A stretch of 64,000 nucleotides of DNA from the NCBI GenBank assembly GCA_964019335.1, contig OZ025665.1:558001-622000 (forward strand), in the 5' to 3' direction. Position 1 is the stretch's first letter; the number at the start of each line of letters is the position of its first letter. Positions 20,267 through 32,176 of this stretch are shown here, piece after piece. Source of the DNA: Diplonema japonicum. Its lineage: Eukaryota; Protista; Euglenozoa: Diplonemea. A model generated the notes under the pieces. That model saw only the letters and a program-made list of their open reading frames with translations, was not told the origin of the DNA and did no database searches. Made by a program: the position numbers and the translations under genes.

Positions 20267-20737
20267 TTTATTATTATTTTTTTTTTTTTACTTTTACCCC
20301 CCTTCTCCTTTTTTGTTGGTTTTTTGTTTGAGAGATTTTATTTTTTTGGGGGGGGGTGAGGGGAGGAGAAAGTCTAGAGGGAGTGGGGGAGAGATGGGGT
20401 GAGGGGGGAAATAATAATAATATGATCTAAAAAAAAAAAAACGAAAAGAAGGGGGATACAAAAAAAAAATCGTTCGTTTGTTCACACAAAATTACGCAAA
20501 GTAAACGGGCGGATTTCTTTTTCTTTTTTTTTTTCCTTCTCCTCTTTTCTCCTATAATTTTTTTTGAATTAAAAAAAAAAAAAAGAGAAATAGGAATACT
20601 CCCCAAAAAAATAATGTTACCATGGAATAATTCAGAGATTGGTAATTAGAAAAAAAAAAGGGGGGGAAAAAAAAGCTCTAACAGAACCCTCTCTTTTTTT
20701 TGTTTTAAATTCTAAACAAGCAAAAAAAAAAAAAAAG

Positions 20738-20783
<46 letters not shown>

Positions 20784-20920
20784 ACCAGGTGCGTAGAAGT
20801 ACGCACAGGCTCGTGTGCGGCGTGTCCATGAGATAAGAAAGAAAAAAAAAAAAGAATAAAAGAAGAAAAAAAAAAGGCAGCTCCCGGGTTTTTTATTTTA
20901 TTTTATTTTCATTTTCATTT

Positions 20921-23900
20921 TCATTTACCCTTCTTGGTTGACCTCGAGGCTGGTGTTTTCGTAGCGGGTGTTTTTGTTGTGGGTGTCTTGCTGCTTTTCT
21001 TGCTTTTTTCCCCAGCGTCGGATAGAATCTTACGCTTACCCGTTTTCGGCGAAGAAGTAGCAGTCGATGTAGCCGGCTTCACCCTCTTAGAAGAAGACCC
21101 GGGCGATCTTCCACCAGCAGGGGAAAGGTTCCGCTTCCGAGGCTGCTTCGGTGATGTTGGCTCGGCTTCAATAGTCGCTTCTCTTGGGTTAATATGCCTG
21201 TCGTTTTTCCTAGTAACGGGGACAAATTTTCTTTCGTCAATGTATATTATCCCGGAACAATTCTTACGTGACTCGTCAGCTTCGGTGAAGAGGTTGGGAA
21301 TATTGATCATCCCAGGGAAGGGCTCCACCTTCACCTGCTTGCTCACAGTAACTTGCTTCAAAACCACATAAGCTATGTCACAAATCAGCCTGGTATCGGT
21401 CGAAGCAGGATGAACGGCATCGTCCATTCCCTTCAGCCTCCCAATGATATCAAATAAAAACGATGTACAACCCCTAACCTCAGTCAGCTTGTCAAACAGT
21501 ACAAATAGGACCCTTTGGATGGGAAGGTACGACGGTCGTAATTTTTCCAAGTACTCCCATCTTGCTAATAGATGGATCAGGGGAGGTACGGTGTACTCCG
21601 GGCTGAGACCGGCAGCGGCCTTGCTTGCCAGTTTTACGTCGTATTGTTTACATTTCGTGCGGAAGTATGTGATGCACTCCTCGACTCTTTCCTTCGCCTT
21701 CAAGTAGCAATTCTTGTTCCCGTCGACGAGAGTCATAATCAACAGCTGCATGAACTGCATTGGGAGCTTGCCTCTCATGATGTCTCTGTGGAGTACTCTC
21801 CCTACCTCAGACCGTGCTTCAGCGTGTGCCAGTTTAACTTCAGCTTCCGCTGAGAATTCCGCCGTTAAGAATAGCAACGTGAACGCGATTGTCTATTTTT
21901 TTTTTTTTTTTTTTTAGAGAAAAAAAAAAAAACTTTTTTTCCTTATACCTGCCAAACGTGCGGGGTCACCCCTGTGTTCGACACGAACAGGATTTTCGAA
22001 AGCTTCTTTTCCCTGCCAAGCTTCAGGATCGCCTTCAACGTGTCAGCCGTTTGAATTGCCTTCGCGATGTTGTTCTCCACAGCGGACATATGCTGTTTTT
22101 TTTTTTTTTTTCCCTTCCCGCTTCATACCCGGAGATAGGTTACCAATTGTTTGTAGGTCCCCTTTATCATTTCTGTTACGCTTGGAGAGTCGGGGAGGGA
22201 GGCCACATATGCTATGAAGACCCTCAGCGCTGCCTTGTAGGCTTGGCAGTCCAGCGGAGGTTTGCGGAAAGAGTGGTGTTTCGACAGCTTGATGTCCTTT
22301 TGGTGCAAGGTGTTCATCACTGTTGTGACGTATTTAGCAGCATGGTTGGTGGTTTTCGAAGACAGCGGTACGAGGAGAAGGCATTGCTGCAGGACACGGA
22401 AGAGCGAGAGGGTTTTATGAGTGCTTGTTTTTTTGGGGTCGAGCGCCTTGAGACACTCATCGGCGAGGCCGTTGAGGAGCGCAGCCTTGTCGCCTTGTGC
22501 CGTGAGGTGGAGGACTTGAACTGATATTTTTGCGATCTTTTCGGTTGTGTTTAAACTGAGCTTTTTCAAGACCTTGCTCAGCTTTGTCTGCTCGGATTTC
22601 CCGAGGTTCTCGAGCACCTTATTATCTGCAATTACCAATGACTTCAATGTGGTCAGCATGTTCCAGAGAAGAGACCGCCGTTGCCCTAAGGTGGTGACCT
22701 TTTGTCGCTTTCCTGTTGATGTGCTGACGGGTATGGATTCATCTTCACCACCCCATCCTTCGTCATCAGCCTCGTTGGAGGCTATTTGTGTGAGGAGTGC
22801 GAAGATTTCAGAGGAAATTGTTTCCTCGCTGCAAATTTCAGGGAAGCTGCTCACCAAGACGGACAATAGGTAGGCCAGGTCGTTGCTCTTCTCCCCATCG
22901 ACCCCGGCCACATCGTTCAGAAGCTGCACCACACCCTTCAGCACCAAGTTGTCGATAGGGAAGGCAACCCTGACAAGCAGCACCTCCATGTTCTTAGCCA
23001 ACGCCTTCAGATCGTTGTTCCCCTTGACGCTTGCCTCGATCGCCTTTAAAGTCTTCTTCTTCTGTTTCATTGCGTCTTCCGGGTCCTGACACAGTGCGAT
23101 CAGGTTTTTGAACACCGCCTCGTCCTTAAGCAGTAAGAGGTTTTCCAACCCGGAGGAGATTGCACAGCATTGCTGAAGCTGTTGGATAATCTGGTGGATG
23201 GCAGCTCTTGACTGTTCTTTCATGAGAGGCTCGCTGTTCTTTTTCAAATACGGGCGTAGAGTCATCATCCGGAGGACGAGGTCTCGGATACTTTTTTTTG
23301 AGCGGAGCAGTTTTGCGAAGGTTTCCTTCGCTGTTGGGGTGAGACTCCTCCAAACCTCGACGAGGACAGCAGCAGAGCGTGAGACGCTGTCGTCGGCAAG
23401 CCCTTCACCGTCGTTTTCATCAACATCATACAGGATTGTGTGGGTGATGTTTTTCTCAATCTCACGACGTTCCTCTGGTTCCGTGGAGCGGTACACATCG
23501 AGAAGTGCAGAGGGTATCATGTTGAACGGGTGGGGCAGCTTTTTTTCAGCCTCCACGTATTCGGAAAACATCTGCGAGAGCACTGTCATGGCGAATCTTC
23601 TAATAGGTGCCTTCTTGTCCCTGATGCGTTCCAAGGCCTTTTCCATCACAACTTTAGGAAGCAACGAATGGTCGGTTTGAACGATGGCGATGACCGATTT
23701 CAACGCGGCTTTCTTGACATCGTTTTCGCTGTCTTCGAGTCTCTGGATCAACGCGCTGCCGACTGTGTCTCTTGTGTCGCGGTGCCTTGGTAGGAATCGT
23801 ACCACCCACTCGGTCATTACAAGACGGATGTCTTTGTTTTTGTCGATGAACCTTCGCATGGTCGAGGTGAACATAGTGGGGTATTCTGAGTAGTAAGTTG

Positions 23901-26900
23901 TGTGCATTTCGAAGGCTTTGCACATTGCATTTGTCGCCATCATGCGGAGGGCGTTGTTTGTGTGCCCGAGGCGGTGGGCAATGGTTGGGAACAACGTTGT
24001 CGCAACGTGCTGGTTCCCCGTATCTGCTAGCGCGAGGATCACCATGAAAAACGATCGGATTTTCTTCGATATTTCATGTTGGCTCGCCTTGTCTGCTACC
24101 GCTAAGGACGCGTCCAGCTTGTCCACGTTTTTAACAATGTATGAGCAGAATGCTTGCAGTACTGGTGTGTCCAGTCTTCTCACAACCGATTTGACCATTT
24201 TTACCCCTGCGGACGATTTCGTTTTCTTCCCCGAGAGGGGTGCGATGATGAGTTCTAATAGTTCTTCGGTCACCTCCTGTGCTTGGTCCAGGATACCTTT
24301 TAGTAGATCTGCGAGCTGAGCGGCCAGAGCCACATCAGCGTTCTCTTCGGCCCTGAAGGAGAGTTTGTTAATGCACATGTCGAAGAGGTCGGACATCATC
24401 TGGTCGCCGTCTTGTTTCAAGGTCGCCATCAAGGCGAGTAGACCGCTCTTCACGATCGACTCCACCACGTGGTACATCAGCTGGTAGGTTTCGGAGTCCT
24501 TGTCGGCCTTCTCCAAGTGGTAGAACTGGCGCAGCAAAAACTGCATCACCGGCTTCTCGTCGGGAAATATAAAATTCGGCTTCGTCGCCTCGCAAACGTC
24601 TGCTATTACCGCCGCTGTCAGAATCTGTTTTTTTTTTTTTTTTTTTTTTCTTTTTGTCGTAAAAAAAAAAAAAAATAATAATAATAATAAGAGAATCAGT
24701 GTTGCTTGGAAAATGATGCAGGAGATGCAGGAGATGCAGGGCGAATGAATGAGACACGGATCAGCGTTTTAGTTGTTGTTTTTGGCTGATAAGTAGAATT
24801 GTAGTTTACCACTCGTCTTTCCCAAGAGGAAAAGGCGTCGTAAGTAGCGAATATTCTTACTGATCATCATTTGGCTATGATAGCTGGGGTGGGATGGCGC
24901 AAACAAAAAAGATAAACGATGTTCAGTGTCCTCGGAAATGAATAGGCTGCAGCATCGCTGACCGTCTTACTTGTCGCTATTAAACACGGACCAAGATGTG
25001 AAATCATCATTTTCTTTTAACGCTTTTTTCTCAAAATTCCCAGTTTGAAGAGATAAAAAAAAATCTCGATGTTCAGTGTCCTGTTTGCTCAAGGCAATCG
25101 AAGCATTGTGGCCCTCTTAAAAGCCGCTCTTAACACCAGTCAGAAAGGATATTGTCATCACAACATATTTTCATTTACTCTTCCTTTTCTTTTTGCCTGG
25201 TGCCCTTGTGGGTCGCATCAGTATATTGTTGTTGTTGTGGTTGATAAGTAGAATTGTAGTTTACCACTCGTCTTTCCCAAGAGGAAAAGGCGTCGTAAGT
25301 AGCGAATATTCTTACTGATCATCATTTGGCTATGATAGCTGGGGTGGGATGGCGCAAACAAAAAAAAAAAAAAAATTCTTTATGACTATATGTCCTTGTT
25401 GTTCGCACGAGCAAAAAAGATTTTTAAAAAGCTGCGAAAGTTTTTTGCTCGGCACAAGTTGCATATAGTTATAAAATCATTTTTTGAAAGATAAATATTT
25501 GTAACAAAAAAAAAAGATGGTTTCAGTGTCCTCGGAAATGAATAGGCTGCAGCATCGCTGACCGTCTTACTTGTCGCTATTAAACACGGACCAAGATGTG
25601 AAATCATCATTTTCTTTTAACGCTTTTTTCCCAAAATTCCCAGTTTGAAGAGATAAAAAAAAATCTCATGTTCAGTGTCCTGTTTGCTCAAGGCAATCGA
25701 AGCATTGTGGCCCTCTTAAAAGCCGCTCTTAACACCAGTCAGAAAGGATATTGTCATCACAACACATTCCATTTCCCCCCCCTTGTGGGTTGCCTTGTTG
25801 GAGGATCAGTATATTGTTGTTGTTTAGGTTGATAAGTAGAATTGTAGTTTACCACTCGTCTTTCCCAAGAGGAAAAGGCGTCGTAAGTAGCGAATATTCT
25901 TACTGATCATCATTTGGCTATGATAGCTGGGGTGGGATGGCGCAAACAAAAAAAAAAAAAAAATTCTTTATGACTATATGTCCTTGTTGTTCGCACGAGC
26001 AAAAAAGATTTTTAAAAAGCTGCGAAAGTTTTTTGCTCGGCACAAGTTGCATATAGTTATAAAATCATTTTTTGAAAGATAAATATTTGTAACAAAAAAA
26101 AAAGATGGTTTCAGTGTCCTCGGAAATGAATAGGCTGCAGCATCGCTGACCGTCTTACTTGTCGCTATTAAACACGGACCAAGATGTGAAATCATCATTT
26201 TCTTTTAACGCTTTTTTCCCAAAATTCCCAGTTTGAAGAGATAAAAAAAAATCTCATGTTCAGTGTCCTGTTTGCTCAAGGCAATCGAAGCATTGTGGCC
26301 CTCTTAAAAGCCGCTCTTAACACCAGTCAGAAAGGATATTGTCATCACAACACATTCCATTTCCCCCCCCTTGTGGGTTGCCTTGTTGGAGGATCAGTAT
26401 ATTGTTGTTGTTTAGGTTGATAAGTAGAATTGTAGTTTACCACTCGTCTTTCCCAAGAGGAAAAGGCGTCGTAAGTAGCGAATATTCTTACTGATCATCA
26501 TTTGGCTATGATAGCTGGGGTGGGATGGCGCAAACGATGGTTTCAGTGTCCTCGGAAATGAATAGGCTGCAGCATCGCTGACCGTCTTACTTGTCGCTAT
26601 TAAACACGGACCAAGATGTGAAATCATCATTCCCTCCCTCCTCCCTTTACAACAAAAAAAGTTGTTTCGATTTTAGTGGTGCCATGCAGTATGTGACACA
26701 GCGGCCACCCTTGTGAAACTTCGCCCCGAAGCCTCCCAAGTCCCCTGTGGTCCCGTAGAAAGTAAAAGTGGAGAGGTAAAGAAAGCTTGGAAATTGAAAT
26801 AGGGAGAGGGGCCACAGAAGCAATTAAACACCAACTGGAGAGTTGTGGGAGGCTTGCTTCACTGGCACGATGCCGCGGGGAGGCTACTTGCCTGACCTGG

Positions 26901-27387
26901 TGAAGCCACCTCCTTGTTCGATGTAATGGGATAAGGGACTCTCCGTTGAGGGCGATGCTAACTGGCGCCACGCGTAGGGTGGGCTCTCCACCCCCGTCCA
27001 GGTTTCCCCACGTGTACGGCTTTAGAACGAGAGTTTCCCTTTCGCTTGTGTTTCTCCAAACCACAATTACCAGGAACCACCACAGGGAGGTTGGAAACAT
27101 TGGTCCCCTAACATTAGTCCCCAAAAAAAGAGGCCACAAACCTGTACAGCCTGTGGAGCCGCCTTTCCAATGTAACTTTCGCGGGAAATCTCTTTTGTGA
27201 ACCCGTTGGGCTTGAGAATGGATGCAACAGCACCATCTGCAAATTCGCCGCCTCTCTCTCCAAAGAAATTGTGTATGTCCCTCAAACGTTCTTTGATTTC
27301 ACTATTTGAGAGGCTTTTCAGCACCTTGCCTGTTGTGAGGGTCTCGAGCTCTTTCTCGGCCTTCTCGTTCTTCCCCGCTTTCGGCAT
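20921..27387 (-). CDS. PDS5: Sister chromatid cohesion protein PDS5 (exons 27387-27142, 24624-22129, 22092-21949, 21892-20921); host gene of snoRNA array 2
   Basis: HEAT repeats with RFIDKNKDIR, RLEDSENDVK, ERIRDKKAPIR and PEYTVPPLIHLLA, plus a basic S/T/P tail. Phase-0 join CAG|GTTTGT (27141) to AAAACAG| (24625) gives KAAPQAVQ-ILTAAVIADV, matching the Pds5 DVRLLVACCLAD motif. Confidence 0.9.
24761..26630 (-). ncRNA. Intronic polycistronic box C/D snoRNA array 2 (4 A, 4 B, 3 D) in PDS5 intron 1 (27141-24625)
   Basis: Left ends: B 24761, 25218, 25806, 26394; A 24923, 25523, 26111, 26543; D 25073, 25672, 26260. Includes a 588-bp tandem duplication. Confidence 0.92.
25379..25475. repeat. ~97-nt imperfect inverted repeat (hairpin), second copy at 25967-26063
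   Basis: Arms TTTATGACTATATG/CATATAGTTATAAA, CTTGT/ACAAG and CGAGCAAAAAA/TTTTTTGCTCG. Confidence 0.8.
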
Positions 27388-28183
27388 TGTTGTTTCTCTT
27401 TTTTTTGCCCCCCTCCTATACCCCTCTTACCTCTCCTGTGGAATTTATGAATGAATATGAACCTTGACCAAAATAAGAAATTTGCAGATACAAAGCTGGG
27501 GGAAGAAAAAAGGGGGTGCAAAATAGAAACGTTAGGGCAAATGGGGGGGGGGGGGGAGAAAACCAAGGGGGGGAATTTTTTTTGGGGGGGGAAATAAAAC
27601 AAAAAAACAACAACAAAGATCTTTTTTTAAAGTTTAAAGAAAAAAGTTCTCTCCCCCCCCCCCCCCCCCGCGCTAATTTTAGAAATGGTTTGCTTTCTCA
27701 TGCAAAAAAAAAAGAAACTTTAATGCACCACACGAGCGTTATTTTTTCTTTACCCAATAAAAAAAAAGAAATTACTCGTTCGCACTGCAAAACAAAAATT
27801 CTTTTTTTTGCTCTTTTTTATTTTTTTTAGCCGCGACAGTAATGTTTAATAAAAAAGCGGAGGAGGGGGGGGGGGGGGGGGGATCTAACAACATCAAATA
27901 TCTAAAACAAAAAAGCCCCCCCCCCCCCGGGTCCTTTCCATAGCCCCACGTGTATAAACCGAATAAATCTAAAAAAGCAAAAATAAATAAATAAAAAGAA
28001 CATGTCCTCTACTGCTTCTACAAAGCATCGTATTCCTCAACATCCTATTTTTTTTTTTTTAAAACAAAAATCCCCCAGCGTAAAATACCGAATAAGGGTG
28101 CCCAGCTGCGGCCAAGCGGTGTTGTGCGTGTGCAGCCTGCACACGGGATTCTTCAAGAGACTCGTCTGGGCGCCTGTGGATTG

Positions 28184-31100
28184 TCATTCATATTTCCCCC
28201 TCACAGCAGCATACCACACAGGTACACCGTCCCCATTCAGCTGGTAAGCTGTGCCTCGCGTACGAGGCGGCGAATTGAACGGAGGGACCTCCTCTTCAAC
28301 GGCATAGTGGGCAGTGTAGTAGGTTTCGTACTCTGCTGTGGCGCCTGCATGCCTTGTGTCCGTCTGCGATCTGGTGGCGGATTGGGGTGCAGATGTCTGC
28401 CGCTTCATCTGCCACTCACGTGTGATCCTCTGCTTTTGCTCTCTGGTCGCCCTGATTTCTTCTCTTTTCCTCTCTAGCATTTCTTCCCTCTCCAGCTTCA
28501 TCTCCAACCTGTGGTGCCTTTCCTCCACGTCCATCCTCTGCCTTTCCAAAATTCTAATCGCCTTGTTCTCTGCCTTCCGCATCTGCTCTGCTCTCTCCAG
28601 CACCAGCTCCTGCTCCACGCCCTTCTCCCGCAGCGACAGCTCGAACCTTTCCATCGCCGTTAGGGGACCACGGGCCCCTTGCGTCATAGGAGCCTTCCAG
28701 TTGAGCTCCCTCTCCCTCTTCAGCACCTGTTCCGTGGCGGGGTCCCTGTTCGGTGTCCTGGACCTCGGCCGCGGAGCCTGGTAGAAGACCTTCTTTGGCT
28801 GTTGTGAATGTACTTTATTCAGGGTGCATACCTCGACAGACGTCACCTTCCTGGACCCGATCGACCTGGAACGTGTCGGCACGTGCGCAGGCGGAGCAGA
28901 CTGCACGGGCGGCGGGGCGGGTGCTGCCTTCTTAACTCCTGGCTTTGGCGACTTCTTCGAGAATGGCTTCTTCTGTGCGACAGGCTGCGTGGCCGGGGGT
29001 GCCGTCACTGGCGCTGGTGTGGGTGTTGGCTCGGGAGTCGCGGCAGGCACCACCGGGCTCGGCTCCTGCGGGGGAGGCTTCTCTGATACCTTCGCCTCCT
29101 CTTTCGGTTCCTCGTCCATCTCGACAGGCTCCATCTGCAGGGCTGCGTTGATTAGTGCAGCGTAGGGCTTCTCGGGAGTGGCGGGGGTCGACGAGCGCTT
29201 CTTCTGCTCGGAGTCATGATGCTGGGGGGACAAGGGGTTGGGGAGGCCTTCTTGGACTTCTTGCAAACTCGACTGGCTGACACCCCTCACGGGGGACGCG
29301 ACGGCCTTTGGTGGAGGGAGTTCCACCTCTTTCTGCTGCTCAAGGATTTGAGTAGGAGAGAGTGGTACGGTGGGCGGGGTCACGTCAGGCACGTCGTACG
29401 CAGTGTTGTTGATGTAGGTGGTGGTTGTGCTGCGCTGTACTTGCGCCTGAGGTGCCTGGTGAGGTGCGCATGTCTGTGGTGCAGGAACAGGTGCGGGTGT
29501 GGATTTCCTTGAGCCTGCACTTGTCCTCGGTTTTACCCCTGACCAGTTGGGCAGCTTCCCTTGGGGTGCCCCGAATTTCTTCTTGTCAGTTTTTGGGTGG
29601 TGTGCTGATACTGCATTCCCTGTGGTCCACCTTGGCTGCGGCTTTTCCCTTTCTTTTTCCTTTTCCCTTTCCTTTTCTTTCTCATGTTCCTTCGTGTTGT
29701 TGTCCACCTTTTCTTTAAGCACCTCAACTGGCTGCTTTCTTACCGGCGTCTTTGCCGAGGTTGCCCCTATCCTCCCCCTCCTCTGCGTAGGCGTCACTGC
29801 TCTCTTTACTTCTTTCGGTGTGCCTGTCGTTGAGCCTTGTATCTTCTTAGGTGTCCTCCCTCTAGGTGCGGGCTTTGGAACGCTCTCCTTCTTCATGTGC
29901 TGCGGTTCTGTCTTGGGCAGGCTCTCTTCCCTCTCCTTTGGTTTTTTCTCCTGTTCCGGGATTTTGTTCTTCAATAGCTCTACTTTCTTCATCTGCAGCT
30001 CTTGGATCTGCAGCTCGATGAGTTCCTCTTCCGTCAGAACGGGCTCGGGCGTAGGCTGTGATTCCCTTTTAACTTCTTTCGGGGGGTCGCGCTTGGGCTT
30101 GCCACGAACAGGGGACACGCCTTTTGGTCTTGCTGTAGGAGAACCCGTTCTTCTGGAGGTTGGGGTGGGAACGGTAGGTTTAGGTGCAGGGGTAGAGGAG
30201 GTAGGTGTGGCCATTTTGGGAGACGGCTTTGCGGCTGGCTTCTTAGCGATGGGCGGCCATGAAGTGGGGCTAGGAATCGCCGTGGTTGCAGGGATGACAG
30301 GCTGGGGCGTGCAAGCAGGTTCGGGTGTAGGCGGCTCCTTGAAACTCTGAGAGTACTTGTTCTGCAGTGCGTTCCACAAGTTTTCTTCCTCGCCCTGGAA
30401 CTGGGACAGAAGCTGTTGAACCTTCTTTACCTTTTCGGGGTTGTGCACCTTGTAGAACTCAACAAGCCTCGTCTCCCAGTCCACAGAATGCGGCGATGCA
30501 GGCGGTGCTGCTAAAGGCATAGGCTCGGGAACAGGTGCCGGAATAGGTGCTGGTATAGGTGCTGGTATAGATGCAGCAGGCGGGGCTTGCATGTGTTCCG
30601 GAGGGGCAACGTAAGCAGGCTTCGGCAGAGGGGGCTGGTTCCAGTTCTCCTCGTTCAGGTTGTACTTCTCGAGGAGCATGTTCCACAGCTTGCTTTCCTC
30701 TCCTTCGTACTTTTGGAGCAACATCGAGATGCTGCCCCCCTTGCTTGGGTTATGCAGCTGGTAGAACGCAGTTATCAACCTCTCCCAGTCCACACCCCTA
30801 GCCTGCGGAGTGGGCTCTTCCAATTCCCTTTGAGGAGTGACTTCCCTCAGTGGAGTGGGTTCCCTTTGAGGGGTGGGGTCTCTAATAGGGGTAGTCTCTC
30901 GTTGTGGGGTGGGTTCTCGAGGAGGGGACTCAGAGTGTTCGTCGATGACGGTGCCAGGGGGAACGGGCGGCGGAAGCTCACGGACACCCATTCCGGTAGA
31001 TCGAGGGCTGTTGTGGTCTTCTTCCCAAATGCCAAGGAAGTAGAATTGAGGGATGCGGCCCATAGCAGCAAGCTCGTAGGGCTCTTCGGTGACAAAGACA

Positions 31101-32176
31101 CCGCGAGACGCGTTCCACCAGTGGGGCAGCGAACGCCAAGACATCCCGAGAATCCCCCCAACCCTCGCTTCGGAGATGAACTTCTCACCAACACAGTCGT
31201 CTTCAAGAAGCCAGGTCTTGGGAACGTTCAGCTCGTAGTTGACAATGCTCCCACGCCCTTCGCGGGTGCGGGTAGCTACACGGATGGTGATGCTCGGGTT
31301 GCCAATCTGGACAGCTTCGGGTGCAGGAAGATCATTGAGAGTGAGACACACACCTCGTGGGGAGTCTTTTTCGAAGACACCTAAGAGGTAAAGTTGTGCT
31401 GGGGTTTCGCCAAGCAGCATCTCAGGGGTGTATTCGTTCACGATGATGAACTCCCCTACTTCGCCCGACCACAAGTAGGGTACCGACCGCCATTGGCTGG
31501 GCGCGTCATGCCAGACTTTGTTCAGCAGCGATCCAAAACACGACTGCCCGATCAACGCCCATGATGCAGCGTCGCCTTCAAACCAGCTGTAAGGCACGGT
31601 GCATCGTAGGTTGCGTATTTCACCGTCACCCCGTTCCCCCATGCGGGCAGCGACGTGTACTTCTATGTGTTTGTGGGAATGGCTGTGGACCGTGGGTTTC
31701 ATAAGAGGCGGTGTTGAAGGGAGGGATTCCTTGTCGTCGGCTTCTTGTTGCATTTTTCTCAGCATAGCGATCATGGTCAGCAAGTCCGTTACTTCGTCAC
31801 GTGAAAGTTCGAGCTGTTCTGTCAGAACTGTGTCGCCCTTCCCTGATTTCTCTTCTAAGAAGTTGATTTCATCGAGGATTTCAGTAACCTTGACCTCTTC
31901 TTCCAGTGCCGCCCTCAGGAGCTCGGAACCTCCGTTCGCAGATAGCCTTTCAAGTCTTTCGCGAATACTTGTCATTTTTGTTTTGAAGCATGCTGCCAGT
32001 TCGTACGCGGCCTGTCTTGTCTCGTTTTCTTCAATCTCGTCCTCTTGTTCTTCGTTGAAACTAATTTTCTGCTCCACCGTGCGTGGAGGGGACTCTTCTA
32101 GTTCTTGGGATTCATTCCCCGGCGAGAACTCCTCAAACGTATCGGGCATCACACCCTCCCCAGGGCTGCCTTCCAT
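28184..32176 (-). CDS. Large Pro/Glu/Lys-rich hypothetical protein with internal duplicated domains
   Basis: 1330-aa ORF with two copies of DWE.L..FY..HNP.K...LL...GEE..LW..L..KY, two copies of I.VA.R..E.G....I.N...VP..W, REPTPQ repeats and a C-terminal coiled coil. Confidence 0.8.
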   Translation of the reverse strand: MEGSPGEGVMPDTFEEFSPGNESQELEESPPRTVEQKISFNEEQEDEIEENETRQAAYELAACFKTKMTSIRERLERLSANGGSELLRAALEEEVKVTEILDEINFLEEKSGKGDTVLTEQLELSRDEVTDLLTMIAMLRKMQQEADDKESLPSTPPLMKPTVHSHSHKHIEVHVAARMGERGDGEIRNLRCTVPYSWFEGDAASWALIGQSCFGSLLNKVWHDAPSQWRSVPYLWSGEVGEFIIVNEYTPEMLLGETPAQLYLLGVFEKDSPRGVCLTLNDLPAPEAVQIGNPSITIRVATRTREGRGSIVNYELNVPKTWLLEDDCVGEKFISEARVGGILGMSWRSLPHWWNASRGVFVTEEPYELAAMGRIPQFYFLGIWEEDHNSPRSTGMGVRELPPPVPPGTVIDEHSESPPREPTPQRETTPIRDPTPQREPTPLREVTPQRELEEPTPQARGVDWERLITAFYQLHNPSKGGSISMLLQKYEGEESKLWNMLLEKYNLNEENWNQPPLPKPAYVAPPEHMQAPPAASIPAPIPAPIPAPVPEPMPLAAPPASPHSVDWETRLVEFYKVHNPEKVKKVQQLLSQFQGEEENLWNALQNKYSQSFKEPPTPEPACTPQPVIPATTAIPSPTSWPPIAKKPAAKPSPKMATPTSSTPAPKPTVPTPTSRRTGSPTARPKGVSPVRGKPKRDPPKEVKRESQPTPEPVLTEEELIELQIQELQMKKVELLKNKIPEQEKKPKEREESLPKTEPQHMKKESVPKPAPRGRTPKKIQGSTTGTPKEVKRAVTPTQRRGRIGATSAKTPVRKQPVEVLKEKVDNNTKEHEKEKEREKEKEREKPQPRWTTGNAVSAHHPKTDKKKFGAPQGKLPNWSGVKPRTSAGSRKSTPAPVPAPQTCAPHQAPQAQVQRSTTTTYINNTAYDVPDVTPPTVPLSPTQILEQQKEVELPPPKAVASPVRGVSQSSLQEVQEGLPNPLSPQHHDSEQKKRSSTPATPEKPYAALINAALQMEPVEMDEEPKEEAKVSEKPPPQEPSPVVPAATPEPTPTPAPVTAPPATQPVAQKKPFSKKSPKPGVKKAAPAPPPVQSAPPAHVPTRSRSIGSRKVTSVEVCTLNKVHSQQPKKVFYQAPRPRSRTPNRDPATEQVLKRERELNWKAPMTQGARGPLTAMERFELSLREKGVEQELVLERAEQMRKAENKAIRILERQRMDVEERHHRLEMKLEREEMLERKREEIRATREQKQRITREWQMKRQTSAPQSATRSQTDTRHAGATAEYETYYTAHYAVEEEVPPFNSPPRTRGTAYQLNGDGVPVWYAAVRGKYE

